Positions 46,959-55,241 of a stretch of DNA of 64,000 nucleotides are shown here, one piece after another (positions within the stretch are counted from its first letter, which is position 1; every line of letters starts with the position of its first letter). The stretch comes from an uncultured Vicingus sp. (GTDB taxonomy: Bacteria > Bacteroidota > Bacteroidia > Flavobacteriales_E > Vicingaceae): NCBI GenBank assembly GCA_964371285.1, contig CAYJMI010000002.1:880-64879 (forward strand). Reading direction: 5' to 3'. The notes beneath the pieces are model-generated. The model searched no databases. It worked only from the letters and a program-made list of their open reading frames with translations, and was not told the DNA's origin. The position numbers and the translations under genes were made by a program.

Positions 46959-48242
46959 TCACATCGACACACCCCTACTCCTACTTTTAATATACGATTC
47001 TTGAATTTTAGAATCTATTTTAATTATTCTTTCAGTTGAAATTTTTAATTCTTCAGCATATTTTCTCCAGCCCCCTACCCCATTTTTTACTTCTAATAAA
47101 ATTGTTAGGCTGTTTTTAATTCCAACTTTTTTTGCAAGTGTTTGAAGATCGTCAACCGAAATATCTTTTGATTTTCCATTTATTGTCATTTGATGACTAT
47201 TAACCATCCGACTGCTTGCATTATAAGAATACGCTAAATCATAAGCTGGACTTAACCGCCATTCTCCGTTTTTATTCATTAAAAAACTGATGTTCTTGGT
47301 ATGGTCGTCATTATTACAAGAAAAAACATTAAAAGCAGCTCGTCTAAATAATTGTTCTTTATCATGATAAGTTAGGTTTAACCCATTCATTATACGAAAA
47401 GCATCTTCATAACTATATGTTCTAGGATTATTATAATCCATGTGAGCCAGTCCACAGAGCGTTTGCATATGAAGTTTTTCGTTTCCAACACGGTCAAATC
47501 TTTTAGTCATAAAATGAAATCTTCCGTTTTCTTCTAATAACTTACAGTTGGTCATTTCTATTCTTGCATCTTTAGCCATTTTATGATAGCAAAATTCTAT
47601 TTTACCATATTCCTCTGGGTCTCCCAATGCTTTATTAGTTACACCATCAAATTTTAACAACCAATGACTAAATCCTTCGGGTGCATCAACTTGACCTGAA
47701 CGAACTTCATTGGTATCTTCATTCAAGGCAATAACCGCTTTTGCCCTCGCTCCTCCTGCCGACGAAGAAACACTTACGATACTTTCTATTTCCTCAATTG
47801 TGCTTTTGAAATTTTTCCTGTGATTGATAACATCTGATGCCACTTTAACTAATTCAGCAATATCTAATGATATGGATTGATTCATTTTGTTTGGAGTAAT
47901 AACAGGTTCAAATTCTAAAGCTCCCATCCCCCTACTCCCAATATACGCTAACTTCTGAATCGCATTAATCTCTCTTACCCCATTCGCTTCTGCCCACTGG
48001 TTTAATACACTGTCACCCCATTTATCGGGCAAAGAATCAGCCAACATTCCAGGTAGTCCTTTAAAAGTATCTTCGCTTAATGAATTGAATTGATATACTT
48101 CAGGAGTTAATGGCATATATATTGGAGCTGGGCAAATACCTTTTTTGATAAATGAATCTTCATATTGAAAAGCACAATTGTTGTTTTCATCAATAGAACA
48201 CAGTCCTACAATATTTCCCCATAATTTAACCTTTACTACCAT
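46959..48242 (-). CDS. hipA: HipA-family serine/threonine kinase toxin
   Basis: N-terminal coupling domain (LWGNIVGL...), catalytic FNVFSCNNDDHTKNISFLM and LSPAYDL. Confidence 0.85.
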   Translation of the reverse strand: MVVKVKLWGNIVGLCSIDENNNCAFQYEDSFIKKGICPAPIYMPLTPEVYQFNSLSEDTFKGLPGMLADSLPDKWGDSVLNQWAEANGVREINAIQKLAYIGSRGMGALEFEPVITPNKMNQSISLDIAELVKVASDVINHRKNFKSTIEEIESIVSVSSSAGGARAKAVIALNEDTNEVRSGQVDAPEGFSHWLLKFDGVTNKALGDPEEYGKIEFCYHKMAKDARIEMTNCKLLEENGRFHFMTKRFDRVGNEKLHMQTLCGLAHMDYNNPRTYSYEDAFRIMNGLNLTYHDKEQLFRRAAFNVFSCNNDDHTKNISFLMNKNGEWRLSPAYDLAYSYNASSRMVNSHQMTINGKSKDISVDDLQTLAKKVGIKNSLTILLEVKNGVGGWRKYAEELKISTERIIKIDSKIQESYIKSRSRGVSM

Positions 48243-48553
48243 TACCGAGCTCTTTTACGTTTTTTTAATGTTTCTTTTAAAACTTCTCTTGGAGATTTAA
48301 CCACGGTAGGAATAAGGAGTTCAATATTATCCAATATCTTTAATCCCCTCATGATTTCTATTAATGATACCATAGAAGATGGCGACCCATTTTCAATATC
48401 ACTAATTCTGGACCTGCTCACTCCCGTAATCTCTGACAGTTGTTTTTGTGAAATGTTTTTACTTACTCGGTATTCTTGAAGCTTCTTTCCAATCAGCTCC
48501 AGAATTTCATTGTTGTTATAAAAATCGAATTTCATGTAACAAATATACGACAT
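48242..48553 (-). CDS. hipB: HipB-like XRE-family antitoxin
   Basis: LQEYRVSKNISQKQLSEITGVSRSRISDIENG HTH; 1-nt overlap with hipA. The likely start is the internal ATG (MKFDFYNN). Confidence 0.7.
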   Translation of the reverse strand: MSYICYMKFDFYNNNEILELIGKKLQEYRVSKNISQKQLSEITGVSRSRISDIENGSPSSMVSLIEIMRGLKILDNIELLIPTVVKSPREVLKETLKKRKRAR

Positions 48554-48798
48554 TATATTAAAATATGGTAGTTATTGTCGTATATTTAAGTAAATACTCA
48601 TTTTGTAAAAATTCTATAGAATAAATATTTGGACATGTGTCAATTACAAAAGAAGATAATAAATACAATAGATTCTGATAATATTACATTGAATTGATAG
48701 TAATAATTCTTTTTCAGATTTCATTTATTCAAAATAAGTAGTTTTACATATTAAAGTTCTACTATATTAATTGCATTTTTGTATTTTAGTACAAAAAA

Positions 48799-51777
48799 AT
48801 GGGTATACAATCAAATGAATATATTAGTGGATTATCTCAGCTTGAGATGCTCAATGCTGATAGGAGTTCTTTTGGATTAGTCCATACTTCAGAAATTGAA
48901 AATTCAAACATAAATTACTATCAACGATTATCACTTGAAAAAGCAAAAAAAGTTGGTGCCAATGCTATATATTTTAGAAATTTCCCTGATTCGAATAGAC
49001 CCTCTAAACCACAACTATATATCTTTGATTTTACTTCTAAAGAGCAAGATGTAGTAGAAATTCATAAAAATGTTTGGAGCAGCACAGAAGTTCGTCTATA
49101 CCTCGTAATCACTAAATCTGAAATAAAATTTTTTAATTCATCTAAACCTGTAGAGCAAACCAAAAGTGGAACTTTGCAAGTTTTTCCTTTTGAAACACTA
49201 AAAATTGCAGGTGAAGCAATTAAAAAGTATAAAGAATATTCAGCAAAAAAATTTGACAATGGTTCTTTTTGGGAAGAAACCAAATATGATTTTGGGTATA
49301 GTGAAACTGCTTATGAAAAACTTATTTCTCAACTCAAAGTTACAAGAAATCAGTTTCTTGGAATAATAAAACTAGACAGAGAAATTGCAAGCAAACTTTT
49401 AGTTTTAGGAATTTTAGTGAAATACCTAGAAGAAAGAGTAGATATAGATGAAGATGGAAATGAAACAAGAGTTTTTGCTTCTGATTTTTTCAATCAAGAA
49501 AAATTCGGGTACACTACTGATTTTACAGAAACGATACGAAAAGGAAATCAATTTACGCTAAATCTATTTGAATATCTTAGTAATCATTTTAATGGAAAAA
49601 TATTTTATTTGTCAGAAGATTATAAAGAACAAATAAAAGACAAAGACTTATCGCCATTAGCTGATTTTTTATCCGGTGTATTAGATAACAATCAATTTGT
49701 TTTTTGGAGATTATATTCCTTCAATTATCTACCTATTGAGTTAATCAGTAGTATTTATGAAATGTTCTTAGAAGCTGATAACAATACAGGTGTTGCTTAC
49801 ACTCCTTCTTACTTGGTTAGTTTTATGATTGATGAGTGTATGCCTATCAATCAACCAAAAGAGAATTTTAAGATATTAGATCCAGCTTGTGGCTCTGGAA
49901 TTTTTTTAGTTTCAGCCTATAAGAGAATCATTGATTGGTGGAGAGTTTCAACTTATGAAAAAACCGGAAACTGGATTCAACCTGGAAAAGAAAACTTAAA
50001 TGAACTGAAAAGGCTACTAAAGGAAAGTATCTATGGAATTGACATTGCCAAAGAAGCAGTTGATTTAGCTATTTTCAGCTTAAGTTTAACTCTGTGCGAT
50101 ATATTATCACCAAAAGTTATTTGGGAAAATCTGCGATTTGATAATTTAAGTGACAATGTGGTAGATTCAGATTTTTTTGATTGGTATCCTGAAAATACAG
50201 ATAAAAAATTTGATTTAGTTATTGGGAATCCTCCTTTCATCGAATATGGACTAAGAGAAACTAAAATTAATAGTTTAATCTCGACTTTGAATTTCAAAGA
50301 ACAAGTTCCCAACAATCAAAGTGCCTTATTATTTACCATACTTGGAATGAATCTTATAAAAAAAGAGAAAGGATTACTTTCTTTTATTTTACCTTCTGGT
50401 CCATTATTGTATAATAATTCTCAAAAGCCTATAAGCTTTAGAAAATGGCTATTCGCTGAATATAACATTCCTCAAATTATAGATTTCACATACTTAAGTA
50501 ATACACTTTTTAAAAACAAAGGAAACGAGAAAAATGTAGCTGTTTCTGCTTTTTTCCTAGAGAACAAAGTGCCAGATAAAAATCCTATTTATCATATTAC
50601 GGTTAAAAAATTAAAGACAGCTAAAGAGCGTCAGTATTTTGAAATCGATCATTATGATTTTCACAAAGTAACTAAAACAGATGCTTTAGAAAGCCCTTTC
50701 ATTTGGAAATCCAATTTATTAGGCGGTGGACGATTAGTCTCTTTTATTAATCGATTAAGTAACTTTCAAACATTAGAAAATTTTCTTGAATTAAGAAAAG
50801 ATAGAGGATGGGTTTATGGAGACGGAATTATTGAAGGAAAAAAGTTAGATACAGAAATAACTCAAAAAGATTTAGAAGAGAAAATTTATAAAACAGCTGA
50901 TTTTCTAACAAATAAAGAAATATTTGATCCTTCTGATTTTGATGAGGAAGGAATTCACAGAAAATATATATGTGAAAGAAAATATTTTCAAAGAAGTAGA
51001 AATACAAAATTAGAAATCTTTAAAAAACCTCATTTACTATTAAAAAAGAATATAGGAAATGAATCTATTCCTTGTGTTTTATTGGATTACGATATTGTTT
51101 TTAAAAATGAAGTAATAGGTATACATGCACCATCAGACGAAATAGATAAATTAGAAAAGGTTTTTTTACGCGTTAAAAACAATTCCATTTATAGATTTTA
51201 TATTTTAGTAACTAGTGCAAGAAGTGGTGTAAGTCGCTCAACAAAAACAACATTACAGAAAGATATTTTAGGTATCCCTTTTCCAGAAGATGAAAAAGAT
51301 ATTGAGTTGACTAAATTTGATGAAATTCTAGTTAAAGATACTTTAGAGTATGGTTTAGAATTTTTAGGAAAAGATACTAATGTAAAAGTATTAAAAGAGA
51401 GTACCGAAAGGGAACTAATTAGTTTTGGAGAAATATTTTGTAAAGTTTTAAATTCATTATTTCAGACTGAAACAAAAAAATACGCTCAAAAAAGCATTTA
51501 CCAAACGGAATCTTTTATTTGTTCTATTTTCGAGTATGGCAATAAAAACAACACTGTTTCCAAATCGCTGAAAACTGAAATTGAGATTGAAAATCATATT
51601 GCTGAACTTGTTTATAATAAAATAGGGACTAGTTATAGAATAAATAGAGTTGTCAAAATTTATGATGGAGATTTAATTTATTTGATTAAACCTAAAGAGT
51701 TAAGGTATTGGCTTCAATCTATAGCTTTAAGAGATGCTGATGAAACCATTGTTGACCTTTATAATGCAGGATACTAA
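48799..51777 (+). CDS. Large gamma-class N6-adenine DNA methyltransferase (Eco57I/type IIG-like layout with C-terminal specificity region)
   Basis: AYTPSYLVSFMIDE, motif I ILDPACGSGIFLV, IYGIDIAKEAVDLAIFSL, motif IV VIGNPPFIEY. Confidence 0.85.
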   Translation: MGIQSNEYISGLSQLEMLNADRSSFGLVHTSEIENSNINYYQRLSLEKAKKVGANAIYFRNFPDSNRPSKPQLYIFDFTSKEQDVVEIHKNVWSSTEVRLYLVITKSEIKFFNSSKPVEQTKSGTLQVFPFETLKIAGEAIKKYKEYSAKKFDNGSFWEETKYDFGYSETAYEKLISQLKVTRNQFLGIIKLDREIASKLLVLGILVKYLEERVDIDEDGNETRVFASDFFNQEKFGYTTDFTETIRKGNQFTLNLFEYLSNHFNGKIFYLSEDYKEQIKDKDLSPLADFLSGVLDNNQFVFWRLYSFNYLPIELISSIYEMFLEADNNTGVAYTPSYLVSFMIDECMPINQPKENFKILDPACGSGIFLVSAYKRIIDWWRVSTYEKTGNWIQPGKENLNELKRLLKESIYGIDIAKEAVDLAIFSLSLTLCDILSPKVIWENLRFDNLSDNVVDSDFFDWYPENTDKKFDLVIGNPPFIEYGLRETKINSLISTLNFKEQVPNNQSALLFTILGMNLIKKEKGLLSFILPSGPLLYNNSQKPISFRKWLFAEYNIPQIIDFTYLSNTLFKNKGNEKNVAVSAFFLENKVPDKNPIYHITVKKLKTAKERQYFEIDHYDFHKVTKTDALESPFIWKSNLLGGGRLVSFINRLSNFQTLENFLELRKDRGWVYGDGIIEGKKLDTEITQKDLEEKIYKTADFLTNKEIFDPSDFDEEGIHRKYICERKYFQRSRNTKLEIFKKPHLLLKKNIGNESIPCVLLDYDIVFKNEVIGIHAPSDEIDKLEKVFLRVKNNSIYRFYILVTSARSGVSRSTKTTLQKDILGIPFPEDEKDIELTKFDEILVKDTLEYGLEFLGKDTNVKVLKESTERELISFGEIFCKVLNSLFQTETKKYAQKSIYQTESFICSIFEYGNKNNTVSKSLKTEIEIENHIAELVYNKIGTSYRINRVVKIYDGDLIYLIKPKELRYWLQSIALRDADETIVDLYNAGY

Positions 51778-52463
51778 TGCTAAAGGACGATCACAACCCA
51801 ATATCTAATGTTCCTAATCCTTCAATAAAGAAAGGTACAATTAAAGAAAAGCTACTTATTTTTCTGGAAGAAACATTATTTAAATTTCAAGAGCATTTTA
51901 AAGGTAAAGTAAATGAATCTGAAGAGAATCTTAACGAACAACTTGGAAAAACACTAACTTATTTTTCCAAAAATGAAGCTTTTATTTTTCAAGCAGAAAC
52001 TAAACAAAAGCAAGGAAAAGGAATTGATAGGCGAGTTGATATAGGTGTGTTTAGGCATTTCTCTGACCCAAACCCTTTCTTCACTATTGAGGCAAAAAGG
52101 TTGTCAACTTCAATTCCAAATAATAGAGAGAAAGAATATGTCCTAGGCAGTGACCCTACCAAATATACAGGCGGTATAGAAAGATTTAAACATAATATTC
52201 ATGGTGTAAACTTGGAACATAGTGCTTTAATTGGGTATATTCAAAATGAAAATGGAAATCACTGGTTCAATACTGTTAACAGTTGGATTCAAGAACTAAT
52301 TGATAATAAAGTCAATTCTCCTTTAAAATGGTTTTCAAATGATTTATTAATTAACACTTGCGGTTTTCAAGATTTTAGATATGCAAAATTCATTTCAGAA
52401 AATGTAAAAGTCGACAAAACTAAAATTAACTTAAATCATTATTTTGTCAATTTGTGTATATAA
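51777..52463 (+). CDS. Putative PD-(D/E)xK nuclease coupled to the methyltransferase
   Basis: RRVDIGVF ... FFTIEAKRL (D...ExK). Its start overlaps the methyltransferase stop (TAATG). Confidence 0.5.
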   Translation: MLKDDHNPISNVPNPSIKKGTIKEKLLIFLEETLFKFQEHFKGKVNESEENLNEQLGKTLTYFSKNEAFIFQAETKQKQGKGIDRRVDIGVFRHFSDPNPFFTIEAKRLSTSIPNNREKEYVLGSDPTKYTGGIERFKHNIHGVNLEHSALIGYIQNENGNHWFNTVNSWIQELIDNKVNSPLKWFSNDLLINTCGFQDFRYAKFISENVKVDKTKINLNHYFVNLCI

Positions 52464-52670
52464 AAAAAACGAAATGCTAACGCTATGTAAAAATATAGCT
52501 CCACAAGGCTGTCATATAATGCAAAGCTAATTTCCATTTACAAATAATTGAGTTTCTTCTCACCTACTTGATTTCTAGAATCTAATTAAATCTTTATGAA
52601 ATATTTAAAGACTCTAGATAATTTTTCAATCCTCCTACCCTATTAAGATAAAAATATAATTTTATTAAAA

Positions 52671-52990
52671 TCTATTTATATAGATCTATAGACGTATAGT
52701 TAAATATTTTTAAGAATTAAGCCCTTTACATTTAGAATCACACTTCCTTATTTATATTAATATAGGTCTATAGTATCATATTTCTATATTAATTTAGTTA
52801 AATTAATTATATTGATTTTTTCTAGTCTTAAATTTTAAATATATAGTACTATATTTTCATTTTATCATAGGTCTATAGTTATATAGAATATAAATAGCAT
52901 AGTAAATAAAGGCATTATGTAAATTATTAAGGTTCGTTGATAATGATAAATATTATCATATATTTCTTTATGTCTATAGGTCTATTTTAT
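52671..52990. repeat. Dispersed (A/G)GTCTATAG-type repeats upstream of parA, candidate partition centromere
   Basis: gatctatag 52683-52691, ggtctatag 52765-52773, ggtctatag 52870-52878, tgtctataggtctat 52971-52985. Spacings are 82, 105 and 101 bp. Confidence 0.45.
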
Positions 52991-53030
52991 AATATTTTCA
53001 TATAACTAGTGTAATATTGTTAAATATATC

Positions 53031-53038
53031 TATATTTG
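53031..53038 (+). promoter_or_regulatory. Bacteroidota -7 promoter box TAtaTTTG
   Basis: 33 nt upstream of the parA ATG at 53072. Confidence 0.35.
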
Positions 53039-53071
53039 AATCCGATTTAATCATTAAACCGTTAATTAACT

Positions 53072-53824
53072 ATGGCTATAAAAATTGCAATTGCTTGTAC
53101 GAAAGGGGGAGTATCAAAAACAACTACAACATTTGAATTAGCATCTGCTCTAGCACGAAAAAAGAAAAAGGTACTGCTGTTTGACTTAGATCCTCAAGGA
53201 GATTGTTCAACCTGGGCAGATGTAAAATCTGATGAAATCTCCATATTTAATTCACTTACAGAAAAAGATACATCACCGCCAATTTCGCATATTAATGCGT
53301 TTTTAGACATTATTCCTTCAAGTTCAAGGTTAGAGTCGTTTGAGAGTTTTAATGTTACTGGAAAGGAGGTAAGGTTGAAAAAAATAGTGGATAGACTGGA
53401 AGATAAGTATGACTTTATTGTTTACGATACTCAGCCAGCCATAAGTTTTTTAGTGGGAAACGCTTTAGTGGCAAGCGACTATGTGATAACACCGTTAACC
53501 TGCGATGAATTTTCGGTTAAAGGAATAACAAAAATTATTGAGTTGATAGATGATGTTCAGGATGTTTACAACAAAAATTTAAAGCTGGGTGGAATCTTAA
53601 TTACCAATTTTCATAAGGGGATGACTATGCACAGAGAAGCATTAGACTTTTACAAATCATCAGATGCTTTTAAAGATAAATTATTTAAAACCGTTATACG
53701 TCAGACACAAAAAATCAAGACGGCAGTTGTTAAGCGAATGTCGATTTATGATTTAGATAAAACTTCTCATGCTGCAGTTGATTATCAAAAGTTAGCTGAA
53801 GAGATTATTAAAAAATTCAAATAA
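53072..53824 (+). CDS. parA: ParA-family partition ATPase (small type Ib)
   Basis: Deviant Walker A ACTKGGVSKTTT; VLLFDLDPQGD; FIVYDTQPA. Confidence 0.9.
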   Translation: MAIKIAIACTKGGVSKTTTTFELASALARKKKKVLLFDLDPQGDCSTWADVKSDEISIFNSLTEKDTSPPISHINAFLDIIPSSSRLESFESFNVTGKEVRLKKIVDRLEDKYDFIVYDTQPAISFLVGNALVASDYVITPLTCDEFSVKGITKIIELIDDVQDVYNKNLKLGGILITNFHKGMTMHREALDFYKSSDAFKDKLFKTVIRQTQKIKTAVVKRMSIYDLDKTSHAAVDYQKLAEEIIKKFK

Positions 53825-53830
53825 GTAGTT

Positions 53831-54250
53831 ATGAGCTTTAAAGATGCATTAAATAAAAGTGCTGAAGCACAAAAAAAACTGGAAGACGATAGTAAAAGAA
53901 AGACTGTTTTAGGTTCAACACCAGTCATTTCATCAAAGGAAAGTGATGTTAGTGAAGAAACAGAAACACCGCCAGTAGTTGAAATCGCTAGTAATATCGT
54001 TAAACAAGAAAAAGCAAACATAAAGCAATTTGAGGGTTCATTACCCGAATATCTAACTGAGGATGAATTAAGGGATATGTCAAACCGAAAAACTTATCAG
54101 ACTTACCCAACTATCCATAAAATGGTAAAATTGGCTTGTAATAAGACGGGGAAAGATTTGATTACTTATGTAAATGAAGCTATACTTGAGCAATTAAAGA
54201 AAGATGACATCATCAGTCTCTATGAAATTGTGCATGGAAAACTAAAGTAA
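53831..54250 (+). CDS. Small partition partner (ParG/RHH-like centromere-binding candidate)
   Basis: Position 6 nt after parA; disordered acidic N-terminus. The C-terminal RKTYQTYPTIHKMVKLACNKTGKDLITYVNEAILEQLKK resembles a ribbon-helix-helix. Confidence 0.5.
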   Translation: MSFKDALNKSAEAQKKLEDDSKRKTVLGSTPVISSKESDVSEETETPPVVEIASNIVKQEKANIKQFEGSLPEYLTEDELRDMSNRKTYQTYPTIHKMVKLACNKTGKDLITYVNEAILEQLKKDDIISLYEIVHGKLK

Positions 54251-54566
54251 TTACATTAATGAAACTACTGTTTATGGTTATTCCAGCTAGTATTTTCTTT
54301 TTAATGTAGGAAAACCTCATAGTTCTACTTTTTTCGCGGAACTTTTTTGAAAACAAATTTGCCTTTGCTCTTCTTTTGTTCTTTGTTTTTCCTGAAAAAA
54401 AAATTGCATTTTGTTTTTTCTATTACCTTTTAAAAAGAGGGAGGAATAATTTGATACTACATCATTGTTTGTTATTTTATATTAACAGTTTATTTTATAT
54501 ATTTATATTCTTTATATGTTTAAGAACGCTGGAGATAAGTGTTTATAAGCGTTACAGCTCTTATAT

Positions 54567-54865
54567 ATGAGTAAAAACAAGGTTTAAAGGGTGTATTTCC
54601 AACTTTAATATGAGTATTTGCAATATTAAAATGGAGGTAAAACAACTTATCTAATGAGAGCATTTCCTATAGATAGATGGTGTATTTGCTATATAGCATG
54701 GAGTAAAAACAAGAGTCGGAGAGGTTAACCAACCTAAATATGAGTATTTCCTACGTTAATATGAGGTTAATAAATATTAATATGAGTAAATACATTAAAC
54801 TATGAGGTTTTCCTACTCAATTATGAGTATTTACTACTTAACTATGAAAATTCCTTTACACCACT
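54567..54865. repeat. Iteron array 1 (about 14 units of 20-23 bp)
   Basis: Units start at 54567, 54589, 54610, 54631, 54654, 54677, 54698, (54719), 54740, 54761, 54782, 54802, 54823 and 54844. The best core is ATGAGTATTTCCTAC. Confidence 0.75.
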
Positions 54866-54960
54866 GATTTTGCACTATAATTATGCCCGATTAGGAATGT
54901 AAATAAATTACTTTTTAACACTGATTTGTTTATAGTCGATTTGTTAATAATCAAACTACT

Positions 54961-55066
54961 ATGAGTATTTCCTACATTAATATGAGGGTAATAAATATTA
55001 ATAAGAGTATTTCCTATATTAATAAGAGTATTTCCAACCCAAAAATGAGGATTTACAATGTTAAAA
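54961..55066. repeat. Iteron array 2 (5 units of exactly 21 bp)
   Basis: Units start at 54961, 54982, 55003, 55024 and 55045. The 42-mer at 54961-55002 is near-identical to the one at 54740-54781. Confidence 0.8.
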
Positions 55067-55208
55067 CAAAAAATGTTATAATTTTCAATCAAACACCAAT
55101 AAAATCAATAGTATGGAGTGATTATTTGAAATTAAGGTCTATCCATAATTTAAATATTCAATCATGGAAAATATTACAAAGTATTTTTCCATGATAATGA
55201 TAAGTTCT

Positions 55209-55216
55209 TATCTTTG
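55209..55216 (+). promoter_or_regulatory. Bacteroidota -7 promoter box TAtcTTTG
   Basis: 25 nt upstream of the rep ATG at 55242. Confidence 0.35.
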
Positions 55217-55241
55217 AAGTATCAATATAAAAGATAGACTG

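Noticed and set aside
46777-46962. 61-aa ORF coupled to the hipA stop
   Set aside because: The sequence is not protein-like and contains the oriT-like hairpin. It is kept only as a remark in the oriT finding.
54567-55066. Possible CRISPR array
   Set aside because: The repeats are contiguous 21-bp units without unique spacers, degenerate, and directly upstream of a Rep gene. They are iterons, not CRISPR.
54856-55194. Two overlapping ORFs (78 aa minus strand, 77 aa plus strand) in the rep upstream region
   Set aside because: Their repetitive peptide sequences (NTLINIGNTLINI, ISYINKSISYINKSIS) are simply translations of the 21-bp iterons.
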